From Balanoglossus misakiensis (taxonomy: Eukaryota > Animalia > Hemichordata), in NCBI GenBank assembly GCA_040954595.2, contig CM082579.2:10777625-10841624 (forward strand): DNA of 64,000 nt, written 5' to 3'. Below the pieces are notes generated by a model. It was not told the DNA's origin and did not search any database. It saw nothing but the letters and a program-made list of their open reading frames with translations. A program made the position numbers and the translations under genes. Shown one piece after another: positions 24,001-35,144 of the stretch. The stretch's first letter is position 1, and each line of letters starts with the position of its first letter.

Positions 24001-25232
24001 ACAGCAGTGCACGCCACTGGACAAAAAAATTATTCATGACCAGATGTAAAATACACGTGCAACTTGTGTGTGACTGATTGACTCAAACTTACACACAGTT
24101 AATACTGGGTTCATGAATTGAACGCCATACAAAATTCAAGGAATTTTTGAGGTAAGCAATACCACATGATGTACACTACCAAAAGGATCTTTTCCACATT
24201 GTGGACTGGGTGTGCTTATTCAGGCCAGTCATTTCACAGTCAGTGTATGGGTTATGTTAGCCTAGTCCTAGCCGCATTTTGTTAGTTTTGGAAGCAAAGC
24301 GGACAAAATACGGCTAGGACTAGGCTAGGGTTATGTATATATCACAGAATACTGCAGTACTGTTTGTACAAAGTGCAAAACAAAAACAGTTCAGGATTGT
24401 CTTAGAAGAGTCACTGGATGTGAATAACATACTGATCAAGCATCAACAGTAAAACTAGTCTCCCACTGGTTTTATTCAAAGCCTCATTACTGAGCGAAAT
24501 ACATCCGCGATATCTCATTAATATTCATGAAGTATATAAAAGCTAAGTGAAGACAAGATACAGTGTCATTCCTCGGCTAGGCACCGACGAGCGAGCATGG
24601 AAGCTGCAACTCGAACCACTAGCACTACAAGAACTACAAGTACCGTGAGCGATGCAAGTGCTTCTTTCGTACAGGCGCATAGTCAGCCCGTTCCCAGTAC
24701 AAGCCGTACCCAGGGACCGCAAAAGACAACTCGTACGAGTACTGTTCCCATGCAACCTGCAGGACCAGCAGTAGCTGCAGCTGCCTCAGCGAACGATACA
24801 GTGACAGAGGATAAAGAGAAGCAGGTATACATTGTTGTATATTTTCCGTCTTTTCTACAGGTGTTATATTTGCCATAGAATGCAGGTGTCAAGTGTGTTT
24901 CATCACAGCCACAATGACCGTTTCATTGTGTCCGACGTACTTGTTTCGTGGCAGGGTGTGGTCCCATTTTTTCCTAGACAGGATAGTTCAATAGGTGGAT
25001 TTGATACGTTAGGCCGGGCGAAAGCTCGTGTTTTTTTTGGACATTTATTTCTTATTCCCCTTTTTTTGTTTTTAGTAAACTGTTATAATTATTGTTTTTG
25101 ACGGAGGGAGTCGCAGCTCAATGTTCTTTTCTTGTTGAGTAGTCGTGTGAATAGCTTTTGTACGGCTTACCATGTGTGAATTTTGTGGGCCCTAGTTAGT
25201 AACTTTTTTATGCTAAAATTTTTGTAGCGCCG

Positions 25233-25273
<41 letters not shown>

Positions 25274-28099
25274 AAAGTGCCATTTTTTTTTTTTTGCGTG
25301 GGCACACAGTTGATGGTAATGCCAATTTTGTGGGCAGAGTTGATGAAAGTGCCAAATTTTGTGGGCACAGTGGAGGACAAGTAAGTGCCAATTTTTGTGG
25401 GCACAGTGGATAAAAAGTGCCAATTTTTGTGGGCAAAGTGGATGAAAAGTAAGTGCCAATTTTTGTGGGCACAGTGGATGAAACGTAAGTGCCAATTTTT
25501 GTGGGCATAGTGGATGAAAAGTAAGTGCAAAATTTTGTGGGCATAGTGGATGAAAAGTTAGTGCCAATTTTGTGGGCACAGTGGATGAAAAGTGAGTGCC
25601 AATTTTTGTGGGCACAGTGGATGAAAAGTAAGTGCCAATTTTGTGGGCACAGTGGATGAAAAGTAAGTGCCAATTTTTGCGGGCACAGTGGATGAAAAGT
25701 GCCAATTTTTGTGGGCACAGTCGATGAACAATGAATGCCAATTTTTGCAGGCACAATAGATGAAAGTAAGTGCCACATTTTGTGAAACTGCGGTGGCTGG
25801 TGATTGCAGGCTAGTCGTAAATATTTGGACTTGCAATTGATGAATTATGGCGTATTTGTATTTTCCAGATGCAATCAAAATTTAATGACTTAGTGACGAA
25901 GGTGGAAGAAATGGAGAAAGCTGTTGGCGGGGCTAACGTGGATGATGCTCTTCAAAAGTTGATGGAGATAGCCCATGCACCATCCTTTTATACGTCACGG
26001 CTACAAATAACGAATGCACTTCGTACACTAGTGGATAGAGCTACTAGGGTAGCCCACCCTAAATTAGCACGGTTTAGGGCCGTGTTAGCTCAGTTTGAAG
26101 CAAATGATTTTGGACCCGATGCTGGCCGTTTGATAGTGTTGTTACTTGGGAATAAAGAGGAGGAAGAAATCGCTGCCAAGGTCGCCAAGTTCGCCAATAG
26201 TAATGCTAGTAATTCCTTCGGGGCTCGTAGATACTATCGTTTTCAACCATATAACCAGAGGGCAGGTTCTACTTTTGAACGTCCCAAAAGAGAGCTTAAA
26301 TGTTATACATGTGGCAAGCCTGGCCACCTTGCTCGTGAGTGTAGAGGAAAACAAAATGAACATTGAGTTTCACTAGAGAACATGTGATTGTGTATTTTGA
26401 GAATTTCCCTTGGCAGATGCCATTGTAAATAAAATTTCAAAAAAAAAAAAAAAAAAATTTCAACTGTATACGCTTAGTGTGTTAGTGTCTCATTTAGACT
26501 TCCTTGACAGGGGGGCCTCACTTAGGCCCTTTGCTTTTTGCAACCTGCCATTCGCATGGTCCTGTCTTGGGGGGCCTTCTGTGGGATACTTGTTTTGCAT
26601 AAGTATATTTTAGTCGTGCGTGTTTGTTGTTTCAGTTCGATGTACCAGAATGGGAGTTACAATATCCGGTTGATCCGACGGTGGTTAAACGAAATCACTA
26701 CAATTGGGTGACCATAGAGGGCGCCCCTCGACGGGACAATGATGGTGGTAGGATGGTGGAGGACATGGATCAGCTATCTGGGTTTACGGTCGCTTTTTAG
26801 CATTGAATAGAACAGATTTGGGATAAAACACTACACACCATTACGCCCATTTTAAAACAGAAAGGATATACAAAATATAGAATACTGACAGAGGTGAATA
26901 TAACCTATTTGAGTGTCTCATGTACAGACAAGTTGTTTGGTGTGGAAAATAATTTAGTATTAGCCCTAGTGGTATAGGGTATACAATGAAGTAAAATATA
27001 ATTTTTGACGAATTAACTGCACTCAAGGTTGTATGTATGATAATATATTTGGTATGTTTGGGGTGTCTGTATGGGGTGCGCTGGGAAGTGTAGTATCAGG
27101 TATAGGGTTGGGGATGAGTTGTGGGAGAGTGAAGGGAAAAGCTTTTTGAAGATTTGGAGGATTGGGTGGAATGTAAGTTAGTATTGGAATGTTAGATAAC
27201 CGCGGCAAAGATGAAAACAATGAACATCCCGATCCCAATACTTAAACAATAGGATAATCCTTGAGCGGAGTGATGAGGCTTTGAATATTATATTATTCAA
27301 AGCCTCATTACTGAGCGAAATACATCCGCGATATCTCATTAATATTCATGAAGTATATAAAAGCTAAGTGAAGACAAGATACAGTGTCATTCCTCGGCTA
27401 GGCACCGAGGAAGAGGGCAAGAACTGCGAACAATTTAGGGGTATTGCTGATCAGGTGGAATGTATGTTCATGGCACAGGCGGGTCAAAATTTCCCACCCA
27501 CCCACCCTCGCCTTGAATGTCTTAATCACTTCGCTTCTGGATTTCCACAATGAACATCCCGATCCCAATACTTAAACAATAGGATAATCCTTGAGCGGAG
27601 TGATGAGGCTTTGAATATTATATAATTTCATTCCTACCTCTCTTTGTTTACATCCTTTCAATGAACATTTATTGCTGTATGCTTTGCGTTTCTTCTTAGC
27701 AGGATCAGACTGACAATCTGCATCAATGTGTTGTGACATTTTGATATCAGGTGGTTCACCTCTTGCTACGGGTACTGGTTGATTGCATAGTGGACAAACA
27801 GGCACTTGTACATCCTAAACACAAAATTGAAAAATTAGTACCAATGGCTCTGTAGTGACAATAGACTTCATTGCAAAATAAAGATGAAATAAGCAACACT
27901 TACCCCCCAAAAAAATGATTATATTATGGGCAAATAAGCGTGTGATTAATATTTGCATTTTGGCAGTGATCTCACGTTATACTGGTAGTTAAGTTACCGA
28001 CACTCTTCAAGGAATATGAAATATTATAATAACTTTAAGTTACATACCTTCTGGAAGGAATATTCACAATTATGAGACTTGTATGTTATGTGGTCTTTG
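21038..28099 (-). CDS. ZFAND2B: AN1-type zinc finger protein 2B-like (AIRAPL); 5'-incomplete in this sequence
   Basis: Phase-consistent exons 28099-28048 (C KDHITYKSHNCEYSFQK), 27814-27638 (DVQVPVCPLCNQPVPV...CSLKGCKQRE), 23977-23886 (LVPVVCGNCRLNFCLKHRHQTDHQC), 23250-23227, 22648-22538, 22294-22228, 22009-21912 (UIM SEDEAMSRALQMSL), 21512-21419 (UIM QEDLALAQAIAES), 21076-21038 (ends CSVA*, a CaaX box). Exons for the start and the first half of AN1 finger 1 were not found. Confidence 0.92.
21345..21414. mobile_element. Truncated family B MITE abutting a ZFAND2B splice donor
   Basis: One TIR present, ending aaagtgttttacagta at 21414; the donor GT is at 21418-21417. Confidence 0.75.
22841..23189 (-). 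mobile_element. MITE family C copy carrying an intact 72-aa mini-ORF
   Basis: TTAA TSDs and TIRs; ORF 23078-22860 MAATILCVGDREKTPAWVKRTDKTRIYL... Confidence 0.82.
23393..23706 (-). mobile_element. Non-autonomous piggyBac MITE with termini matching the large piggyBac
   Basis: ttaa-CCCTTATGCTACTGGG ... GACTTGGCAGCGTTAGGG-ttaa. Confidence 0.8.
24258..24327. mobile_element. 70-bp palindromic mini-element with 9-bp TSD (Academ-like)
   Basis: TAGCCTAGTCCTAGCCG...CGGCTAGGACTAGGCTA, flanked by GGGTTATGT on both sides. Confidence 0.75.
24533..24572 (+). promoter_or_regulatory. TATA box and Inr-like element inside repeat A of the retroelement
   Basis: TATATAAAAG at ~24533, TCATT about 30 bp downstream, ATG at 24597. 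Duplicated in repeat A2. Confidence 0.5.
24597..26366 (+). CDS. Gag-like protein with CCHC zinc knuckle, probably two exons (24597-24824, 25869-26366; 241 aa)
   Basis: ORF 25869-26366 ends in CYTCGKPGHLAREC. The upstream S/T-rich ORF ends CAG|gtatac, phase 0, and joins ttttccag|ATG in frame. Confidence 0.7.
25271..25780. repeat. Minisatellite, ~30-35 bp unit (aagtgccaatttttgtgggcacagtggatgaaaagt), roughly 14 copies, preceded by a long A run
   Basis: Tandem units visible directly; they produce the repetitive spurious ORFs at 25167-25878. Confidence 0.9.
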
Positions 28100-28970
28100 C
28101 TGAAAAAGAAAAATTACAATATATTTCTGGTTAATTAGGTGGGTATTCAAATATGATCTAAAAAATTACATGTACGGTACGTAGTACCGGTAATATTTAT
28201 ATCAACACAGTTAATCGCATCATATCAAAGTTGGATGCTATTGAAAATGATGGTGTCCTAAAATACTTCCTCTCAAAGTTCTTAAATAAAGTTTGATTTC
28301 TACAGTTGTAAATTTGTATGTGTCAATGCACTCTCGCCATATGTATAGGGCTTGCAAAGCATATGGAGCTACTGTGTGACAGGGCTGTGTATATTAACCC
28401 TAACGCTGTCGAGTCCGTAGCAGACCGCCCGATTTCCGGTGTGGGTAGAAGTCGGACGTTGGCGAGTGATGAACGACCGAATCGGTATGGATCGATATGA
28501 TTCGCCGACCCGCTGGAGTCTCTAGGCGTTTGCGTGCGCTTCGCTATAACGGGTTGACTTTGAACTACCGTTTTGAGGGCAAAATCTGTTAGGACAGGAA
28601 AGTCTCGACAGGGTTATTTGCCTTGAACTACAAAGAGCACACTATCCTTAGAGGCAAATTCCGCCGGTCACCCCCGACCCTGGGGAGACCGTTTTTTTAT
28701 GTGTCCGCAAAAACGTACTCGACAGCGATGCATAGTTTTCCATAGCAGACGGTTCCACAACGACATAGGGTATCGACCTTTTCGATGGCCAGACGTGTCG
28801 GACGCACTCGTGGGTGCCTGTTTAGGAGAGTGCGTTTTGGGATCGACTCGGGAAAACATGACGATTTTTGCTGATGGTGCGAACCGATGACCGACGTCTT
28901 GGCGTGCGTGCGTCGCAGGCCATATCTTTCGCGACCGACTCGTAGCCTACAATTACTCGTGAAAGAAAAC

Positions 28971-29613
28971 TTGGTACGGACAGGCTTTGACGGGACTTGG
29001 CTTGCGTAGCCAGCGGCACAAGTGTGTAAAAAGCGACTGGGTGTGCATTTTGACGAAACGGCCGACGATGTTAACCGACTCGTCGTTTACACCCCGGTTC
29101 GCGACACATTGGATCGGACAGGTTTTGACGGGACTTGGCTTTGCGTAGCCAGCGGCACGAGTGTGTAAAAAGCGACTGGGTGTGCATTTTGAAGTAACGG
29201 CCGACGATGTAGACCGACTCGTCGTTTACACCCCGGTTCGCGACACATTGGATCGGACAGGTTTTGACGGGACTTGGCTTTGCATAGCCAGCGGCACGAG
29301 TGTGTAAAAAGCGACTGGGTGTGCATTTTGACGTAACGGCCGACGATGTAGACCGACTCGTCGTTTACACCCCGGTTCGCGACACATTGGATCGGACAGG
29401 TTTTGACGGGACTTGGCTTTGCGTAGCCAGCGGCACGAGTGTGTAAAAAGCGACTGGGTGTGCATTTTGACGTAACGGCCGACGATGTAGACCGACTCGT
29501 CGTTTACACCCCGGTTCGCGACACATTGGATCGGACAGGTTTTGACGGGACTTGGCTTTGCGTAGCCAGCGGCACGAGTGTGTAAAAAGCGACTGGGTGT
29601 GCATTTTGACGTA
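28971..29613. repeat. 139-bp tandem repeat (~4.6 units) in the 5' region of piggyBac copy 1
   Basis: Units start at about 28971, 29109, 29248, 29387 and 29526. Confidence 0.9.
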
Positions 29614-30098
29614 AACAAAGCCGATGAATACGCTCTCGGTCCGGTGGGTTTTGCGTTACTCACCATTAGAGAACGACACAGTGTGCGGATGCCTGTAACA
29701 CAGGCTGGTGAATTGGACGGGTGTGTGCCGTAACGGTTCCTCGGTGCTGCGTGTTACCGAGGGGTATGTACAGACACGGGCGAAAGGCGTGCCTTGCATT
29801 CGCGTAACATACGGGACATGAGTTCTGCTTAGGCCGGACAGATGCGAAATTTTAACGTCATGGTCGATCAATACTTTCGGTATTGTTACGCAAATTGCCG
29901 TTCCAGATTTCCATTTCTGGCGGGAATTTTGAGGAGCCCCATAGGTCCGATTGCCTTCGGACATATTTTTGTGTCACGTGTTTGCGTACCTATATATTAG
30001 GCGTCCAATTAGATGGGAGAACGCCTGTCACAGGTTCATGTGCGACTGCTTATAAAAGGGGTGTTTCGTGGACAGTTTTGTCAGTACCACTACAGACC

Positions 30099-32798
30099 AT
30101 GAGTTTGACGGACCGAAAGAGTTTTTTGAAGGCAACCCGAAAGATTCGGAACCCGGAATCCAGTGGAACGGGCAGCGATCGCTATGATGTAGACTCCCCT
30201 GTTAGGAAGGGAAAGGCCAAGAAAAAGAAGGCAAAGAAACGCCTTTTGAGCGTCAGATTTGAGGAGACGGAGAAGCCTGGCGGGAAACGTAAGCGCAAGT
30301 CCAGTCGACCCGTTGTCGACTCGGACGATGAGACAGAAGCTCCACCCCGGAGTGATGAGGTGACTGCGGAAGCGGGCGAACCAGCCAGTACCCCGACAGA
30401 AGCTCCACCCAGGAGTGACGAGGTGACTTCAGAGGCTGACTTACAATCCAGTAAGCAGCAGAAGTCTGGCGGGAAACGTAAGCGCAAGTCCAGTCGACCC
30501 GTTGTCGACTCGGACGATGAGACAGAAGCTCCACCCCGGAGTGATGAGGTGACTGCGGAAGCGGGCGAACCAGCCAGTACCCCGACAGAAGCTCCACCCA
30601 GGAGTGATGAGGTGACTGCGAAGGCTGGCGAACCAGCCAGTACCCCGACAGAAGTTCCACGCGGGAGCGATCAGACGACCCCAGAGGCGGGCGAACCAGC
30701 CAGTTCCCCGCCAGTGACCCCATGTACGACAGATGATAGTCACGAGACCTCCCCAGAAGTGCCATCTGCTGCTCAGATGAGTCCTCATCAGGCAGTCGCC
30801 TCGACTTCCACTGGGAAGGTGGGATCATCCAAGAAAGCAGTAAAGAAAAAGGTGCGCTACAGTCCACCTGAGTTTGAGCCCGAAAAGATTTTGGACGCCA
30901 AAACAGGCTTGTTCCGATATAGACGGCCTGATGATGACCTTGAGGAGGATGAGGGAAACGTGACGGACATTGATGAGGATGCGGCAGAGGACGATAACTT
31001 TTACGAGCTGTCATTTCCTGGTACTCCATCTGAGGAGTCCGACTCCGAGAATGAAGCCGTAATAGAAGAGGCCATACGGCAGGCCTCCAAGGATGGGGAC
31101 GAGTGGCGTCTTTCGCAGCATGAGGACACTGAGATATTTTCCGAACCCCTGTTCGAGAAAGAGCGTGGACCCACGTTTACTATGGCAACACATGCACGGG
31201 AGTTGGAATACTTCCTGAAATTTATATCACCGGACATGATATCTCTGGCGGTGAAGGAAACGAACAAATATGCGTCGTATCACCAGCATTACGTCGCAAA
31301 GAAAATCGACTCTGAGTGGCGAGCGACCAATTACAGAGAGATGCAAGCCTTCCTGGGCGTTGTCATCATCATGGGCATTGACCGCAAGCCTGCTGTGGGC
31401 GACTATTGGTCCAGCGACATTTTCCTGCATAATGTTGGCATTTCGTCAGTCATGACCCGTCAACGCTACCACAGGTTGATGCGGTATTTCCACTTGGCTG
31501 ACCCCCAGAAGGATCCAAGACGAGACCCTGACCCGAACAGACGGTCACGCCGTTGTCAGGACGACCCAATGTATAAAGTAAACCCATGGATGGAGCCCCT
31601 TGTAAACAGTTGCGTACACAGCTATCAGATGGGACAGGAAATCTCCATCGATGAAGGCATGGTGAAATTCAAAGGACGTTCGAAATTCAAACAGAGGCTT
31701 CCCCACAAGCCAGACAGAGACGGCTTTAAGGTATGGCAGTTGGCGGACTCTGTCACATCCTATGTGGCAAACTTTGCTCCCTACCTGGGGGTGAAGTACC
31801 TTGACAGGAATGACGGGAAAAAACAGGAGAGGGGAGTAGTGAAAAGAATAACGATTGAACTTGTTCAGCCGTTCTGCGGGTACAACCACATCCTCTTCTG
31901 TGACAGCCTCTTCACAACTGTGTTAACTGCGAGAGAACTGATGGAGATGGGCATGTATATGGTTGGAAGCTTCAACCGACGTAACCGTCGGAGTATGCCG
32001 CCCATGCTTATTCCCCCCGGGAAAAAGAAGAAGCTTCCACTGGAGGTCGGTGAAATGAAGGCAGCCACCCGAGTCGATTGCCGAATCAACCTGACAGCTT
32101 ATCAGGATAGCAATGCACAGGTGTTGATCCTGAACAACGTTTATCCACCACTTGACACGGAGACAGTTGGCAGTGGTGAGGAAGAGAGAAATGTGCCCCT
32201 GAGTTTGTCGAAGTACCGCGTCTTCATGGGAGGCGTTGACCGCGCTAACCAGAAGCGAAAATACTACCACTGTGGGCGAAAGAACAACCGCTGGTGGGTA
32301 TATATGGCCTGGTACCTGATGGATGTAGCATTGACGAATGCTTACGTATGTTTCAAAGACCTTAACCCCCAGACCAAGGTGAAGCACAAGTTCTTCAACC
32401 TACGTGTTGGGAAGCAACTCATTGGCGGATTCTCCAGTCGTGGTCAAGGCAACGTACGGGAAATAGAGCGCACAGTTACTGACAGCTCTTTCATTTTCCC
32501 TGGAAACATACCCCAACACGTCGAAAGTAGATTACCTGGACGGCAGAAAACCTGCAAGCTATGCAGTAGGGAAGGCAAGAGGACCCTTTCTGGACGGCGT
32601 TCGGAGACTGTCATGGGATGTGCGCTCTGCCAAGTGCATTTGCATCAAGGCGAATGCTTCGCCTCGTTCCACCACCATATGATGCTACGAGGAAAGAAGA
32701 GCATCGGGACACAGTTTCCAGAAGGAGATGTGCGAGTTCGGCAGCCGAGACGGGACAAACCGCTCCGGCGAAGTTCCAGAAACACGGACCATTCCTAA
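30099..32798 (+). CDS. piggyBac transposase (PGBD4-like DDD domain, Cys-rich C-terminus, long acidic repetitive N-terminus), 899 aa
   Basis: ATG at 30099, downstream of TATAAAA at 30051. Catalytic motifs SIDEGMV, FCDSLFT, MGGVDRANQ; C-terminal CKLC...CALCQVHLH..CF; AATAAA at ~33403. Confidence 0.95.
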   Translation: MSLTDRKSFLKATRKIRNPESSGTGSDRYDVDSPVRKGKAKKKKAKKRLLSVRFEETEKPGGKRKRKSSRPVVDSDDETEAPPRSDEVTAEAGEPASTPTEAPPRSDEVTSEADLQSSKQQKSGGKRKRKSSRPVVDSDDETEAPPRSDEVTAEAGEPASTPTEAPPRSDEVTAKAGEPASTPTEVPRGSDQTTPEAGEPASSPPVTPCTTDDSHETSPEVPSAAQMSPHQAVASTSTGKVGSSKKAVKKKVRYSPPEFEPEKILDAKTGLFRYRRPDDDLEEDEGNVTDIDEDAAEDDNFYELSFPGTPSEESDSENEAVIEEAIRQASKDGDEWRLSQHEDTEIFSEPLFEKERGPTFTMATHARELEYFLKFISPDMISLAVKETNKYASYHQHYVAKKIDSEWRATNYREMQAFLGVVIIMGIDRKPAVGDYWSSDIFLHNVGISSVMTRQRYHRLMRYFHLADPQKDPRRDPDPNRRSRRCQDDPMYKVNPWMEPLVNSCVHSYQMGQEISIDEGMVKFKGRSKFKQRLPHKPDRDGFKVWQLADSVTSYVANFAPYLGVKYLDRNDGKKQERGVVKRITIELVQPFCGYNHILFCDSLFTTVLTARELMEMGMYMVGSFNRRNRRSMPPMLIPPGKKKKLPLEVGEMKAATRVDCRINLTAYQDSNAQVLILNNVYPPLDTETVGSGEEERNVPLSLSKYRVFMGGVDRANQKRKYYHCGRKNNRWWVYMAWYLMDVALTNAYVCFKDLNPQTKVKHKFFNLRVGKQLIGGFSSRGQGNVREIERTVTDSSFIFPGNIPQHVESRLPGRQKTCKLCSREGKRTLSGRRSETVMGCALCQVHLHQGECFASFHHHMMLRGKKSIGTQFPEGDVRVRQPRRDKPLRRSSRNTDHS

Positions 32799-32850
32799 AT
32801 TATTCCCCTCCCGAGAGGGTGACACGGGCTTCCGGTGAACCAGCCCCATT

Positions 32851-33360
32851 TGTGCGGACTTTAGTCATTTTTTTCTGTGGACCCCCACTAAATTATGCCC
32901 TTGAGTAGGGCTACGAGGTGACCGAGCCTCATTTACGGACAATGAAACACGGACTGTGAGAAACGGACAGGTTACTTGCGGACACTGAAACACGGATTGT
33001 GACATGGGCTCGTCTTGAACGAGCCCCGTTTGCGCGGACTTTAGTCATTTTTTTCTGTGGACCCCCACTAAATTATGCCCTTGAGTAGGGCTACGAGGTG
33101 ACCGAGCCTCATTTACGGACAATGAAACACGGACTGTGAGAAACGGACAGGTTACTTGCGAACACTGAAACACGGATTGTGAAATGGGCTCGTCTTGAAC
33201 GAGCCCCGTTTGCGCGGACTTTAGTCATTTTTTTCTGTGGACCCCCACTAAATTATGCCCTTGAGTAGGGCTACGAGGTGACCGAGCCTCATTTACGGAC
33301 AATGAAACACGGACTGTGAGAAACGGACAGGTTACTTGCGAACACTGAAACACGGATTGT
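32851..33360. repeat. 180-bp tandem repeat (~3 units) 3' of the transposase, copy 1
   Basis: Lines starting 32881, 33061 and 33241 are identical. Confidence 0.9.
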
Positions 33361-34778
33361 GTGATGTTACTGTAACGGTGCACGAATCACTCTTTTTTGG
33401 GAAATAAAGTGCTATTTATGAGGCAACCTGTGGTGGTGTTAATCCCTCTAATATGACGCACAGTAACGGGGGTCTTGTGTAAATAGTCGTCTGGTTCGAC
33501 ACTCGCCCCCGGCCGAAATGGTGCAATGGAGCCTGCAGAACTTGCGGGTTACCTGTGACCGTGTCGGTACAACCCTGTACCGTAAAAAACTATAGCGTAT
33601 TAACACCGTAATGAACGTCTGTCTACCGTGCGTAACTAACCAACGTGTCGTTATCACAACGTCCGTGTGTGTCTTGTGTGCGAGAATGAGTCGTTGTCAG
33701 GCGGCTGTAGAGCGGAACACTGTGCGCCAGTGTCCAGTCGTTCGCATTACGTGTCGAACTAACTCGTACCCTACGGGAAAGTGGCAGGGGAAGGGGTGCC
33801 CGAACACCCCTGGCGGTACACCCTGGGTACCCTACTAATAACTGATGGTGTCGTTGTTGTGACGTGATGTGGCGTGTACTAACACACTAACTTTACTTTC
33901 GTAAAAGTAAGCCTCGAAACGACGTTTACAGACGCTCCCCTCCCAGGGGAACGAACCCGATGACCCCACAACTTTTACCCGGTTAATTGTTGTTTGAGGT
34001 CCCGTCGACACGGGACGGTGCCAAACTTGAAGTCTAGCACGTTCAAAAGCAGCTAAAATGACCCTCCAAAAACCCGATTTTCAGGCAAAAAGCCTGGTAA
34101 TCCAGCGGGTGTAGAATGCCGGATTCTACATACACCGAAAAGGAGGCGGTCTCGTAACGACTCGGCAGCCCAACGGGTTTTGACCCCCGGTAGCAAGAGG
34201 GTTAACCCTAACGCTGTCGAGTCCGTAGCAGACCGCCCGATTTCCGGTGTGGGTAGAAGTCGGACGTTGGCGAGTGATGAACGACCGAATCGGTATGGAT
34301 CGATATGATTCACCGACCCGCTGGAGTCTCTAGGCGTTTGCGTGCGCTTCGCTATAACGTGTTGACTTTGAACTACCGTTTTGAGGGCAAAATCTGTTAG
34401 GACAGGAAAGTCTCGACAGGGTTATTTGCCTTGAACTACAAAGAGCACACTATCCTTAGAGGCAAATTCCGCCGGTCACCCCCGACCCTGGGGAGACCGT
34501 TTTTTTATGTGTCCGCAAAAACGTACTCGACAGCGATGCATAGTTTTCCATAGCAGACGGTTCCACAACGACATAGGGTATCGACCTTTTCGATGGCCAG
34601 ACGTGTCGGACGCACTCGTGGGTGCCTGTTTAGGAGAGTGCGTTTTGGGATCGACTCGGGAAAACATGACGATTTTTGCCGATGGTGCGAACCGATGACC
34701 GACGTCTTGGCGTGCGTGCGTCGCAGGCCATATCTTTCGCGACCGACTCGTAGCCTACAATTACTCGTGAAAGAAAAC

Positions 34779-35144
34779 TTGGATCGGACAGGTTTTGACG
34801 GGACTTGGCTTTGCGTAGCCAGCGGCACGAGTGTGTAAAAAGCGACTGGGTGTGCATTTTGACGTAACGGCCGACGATGTTGACCGACTCGTCGTTTACA
34901 CCCCGGTTCGCGACACATTGGATCGGACAGGTTTTGACGGGACTTGGCTTTGCGTAGCCAGCGGCACAAGTGTGTAAAAAGCGACTGGGTGTGCATTTTG
35001 ACGTAACGGCCGACGATGGTGACCGACTCGTCGTTTACACCCCGGTTCGCGACACATTGGATCGGACAGGTTTTGACGGGACTTGGCTTTGCGTAGCCAG
35101 CGGCACGAGTGTGTAAAAAGCGACTGGGTGTGCATTTTGACGTA
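34779..35144. repeat. 139-bp tandem repeat (~2.6 units) in the 5' region of piggyBac copy 2
   Basis: Units start at about 34779, 34918 and 35057. Confidence 0.9.

Larger units (their letters stand above)
24473..27623 (+). mobile_element. Non-autonomous tyrosine-recombinase-type (Ngaro/PAT-like) retroelement with split direct repeats A1...B1-A2...B2, in a ZFAND2B intron
   Basis: A = 115 bp at 24473-24587 and 27294-27408; B = 77 bp at 27217-27293 and 27547-27623. No TSD. Gag-like CCHC ORF inside; no RT or YR ORF found. Confidence 0.8.
28398..34201 (+). mobile_element. piggyBac-superfamily DNA transposon, copy 1 (5804 bp), apparently intact
   Basis: TTAA at 28394-28397 and 34202-34205; CCCT...AGGG termini; full transposase ORF; internal 139-bp and 180-bp tandem repeats. 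Confidence 0.95.

Noticed and set aside
25167-25878. Repetitive ORFs of 105-203 aa, and a CRISPR-like appearance
   Set aside because: Products of a minisatellite; no unique spacers, and the context is eukaryotic.
29087-29666. Repeated minus-strand ORFs in the piggyBac 5' region (also 34505-35197)
   Set aside because: By-products of the 139-bp tandem repeats, with no recognisable domain.
29883-30098. N-terminal extension in the 971-aa ORF call
   Set aside because: It starts at a TTG upstream of the TATA box; the first ATG after the TATA box is at 30099.
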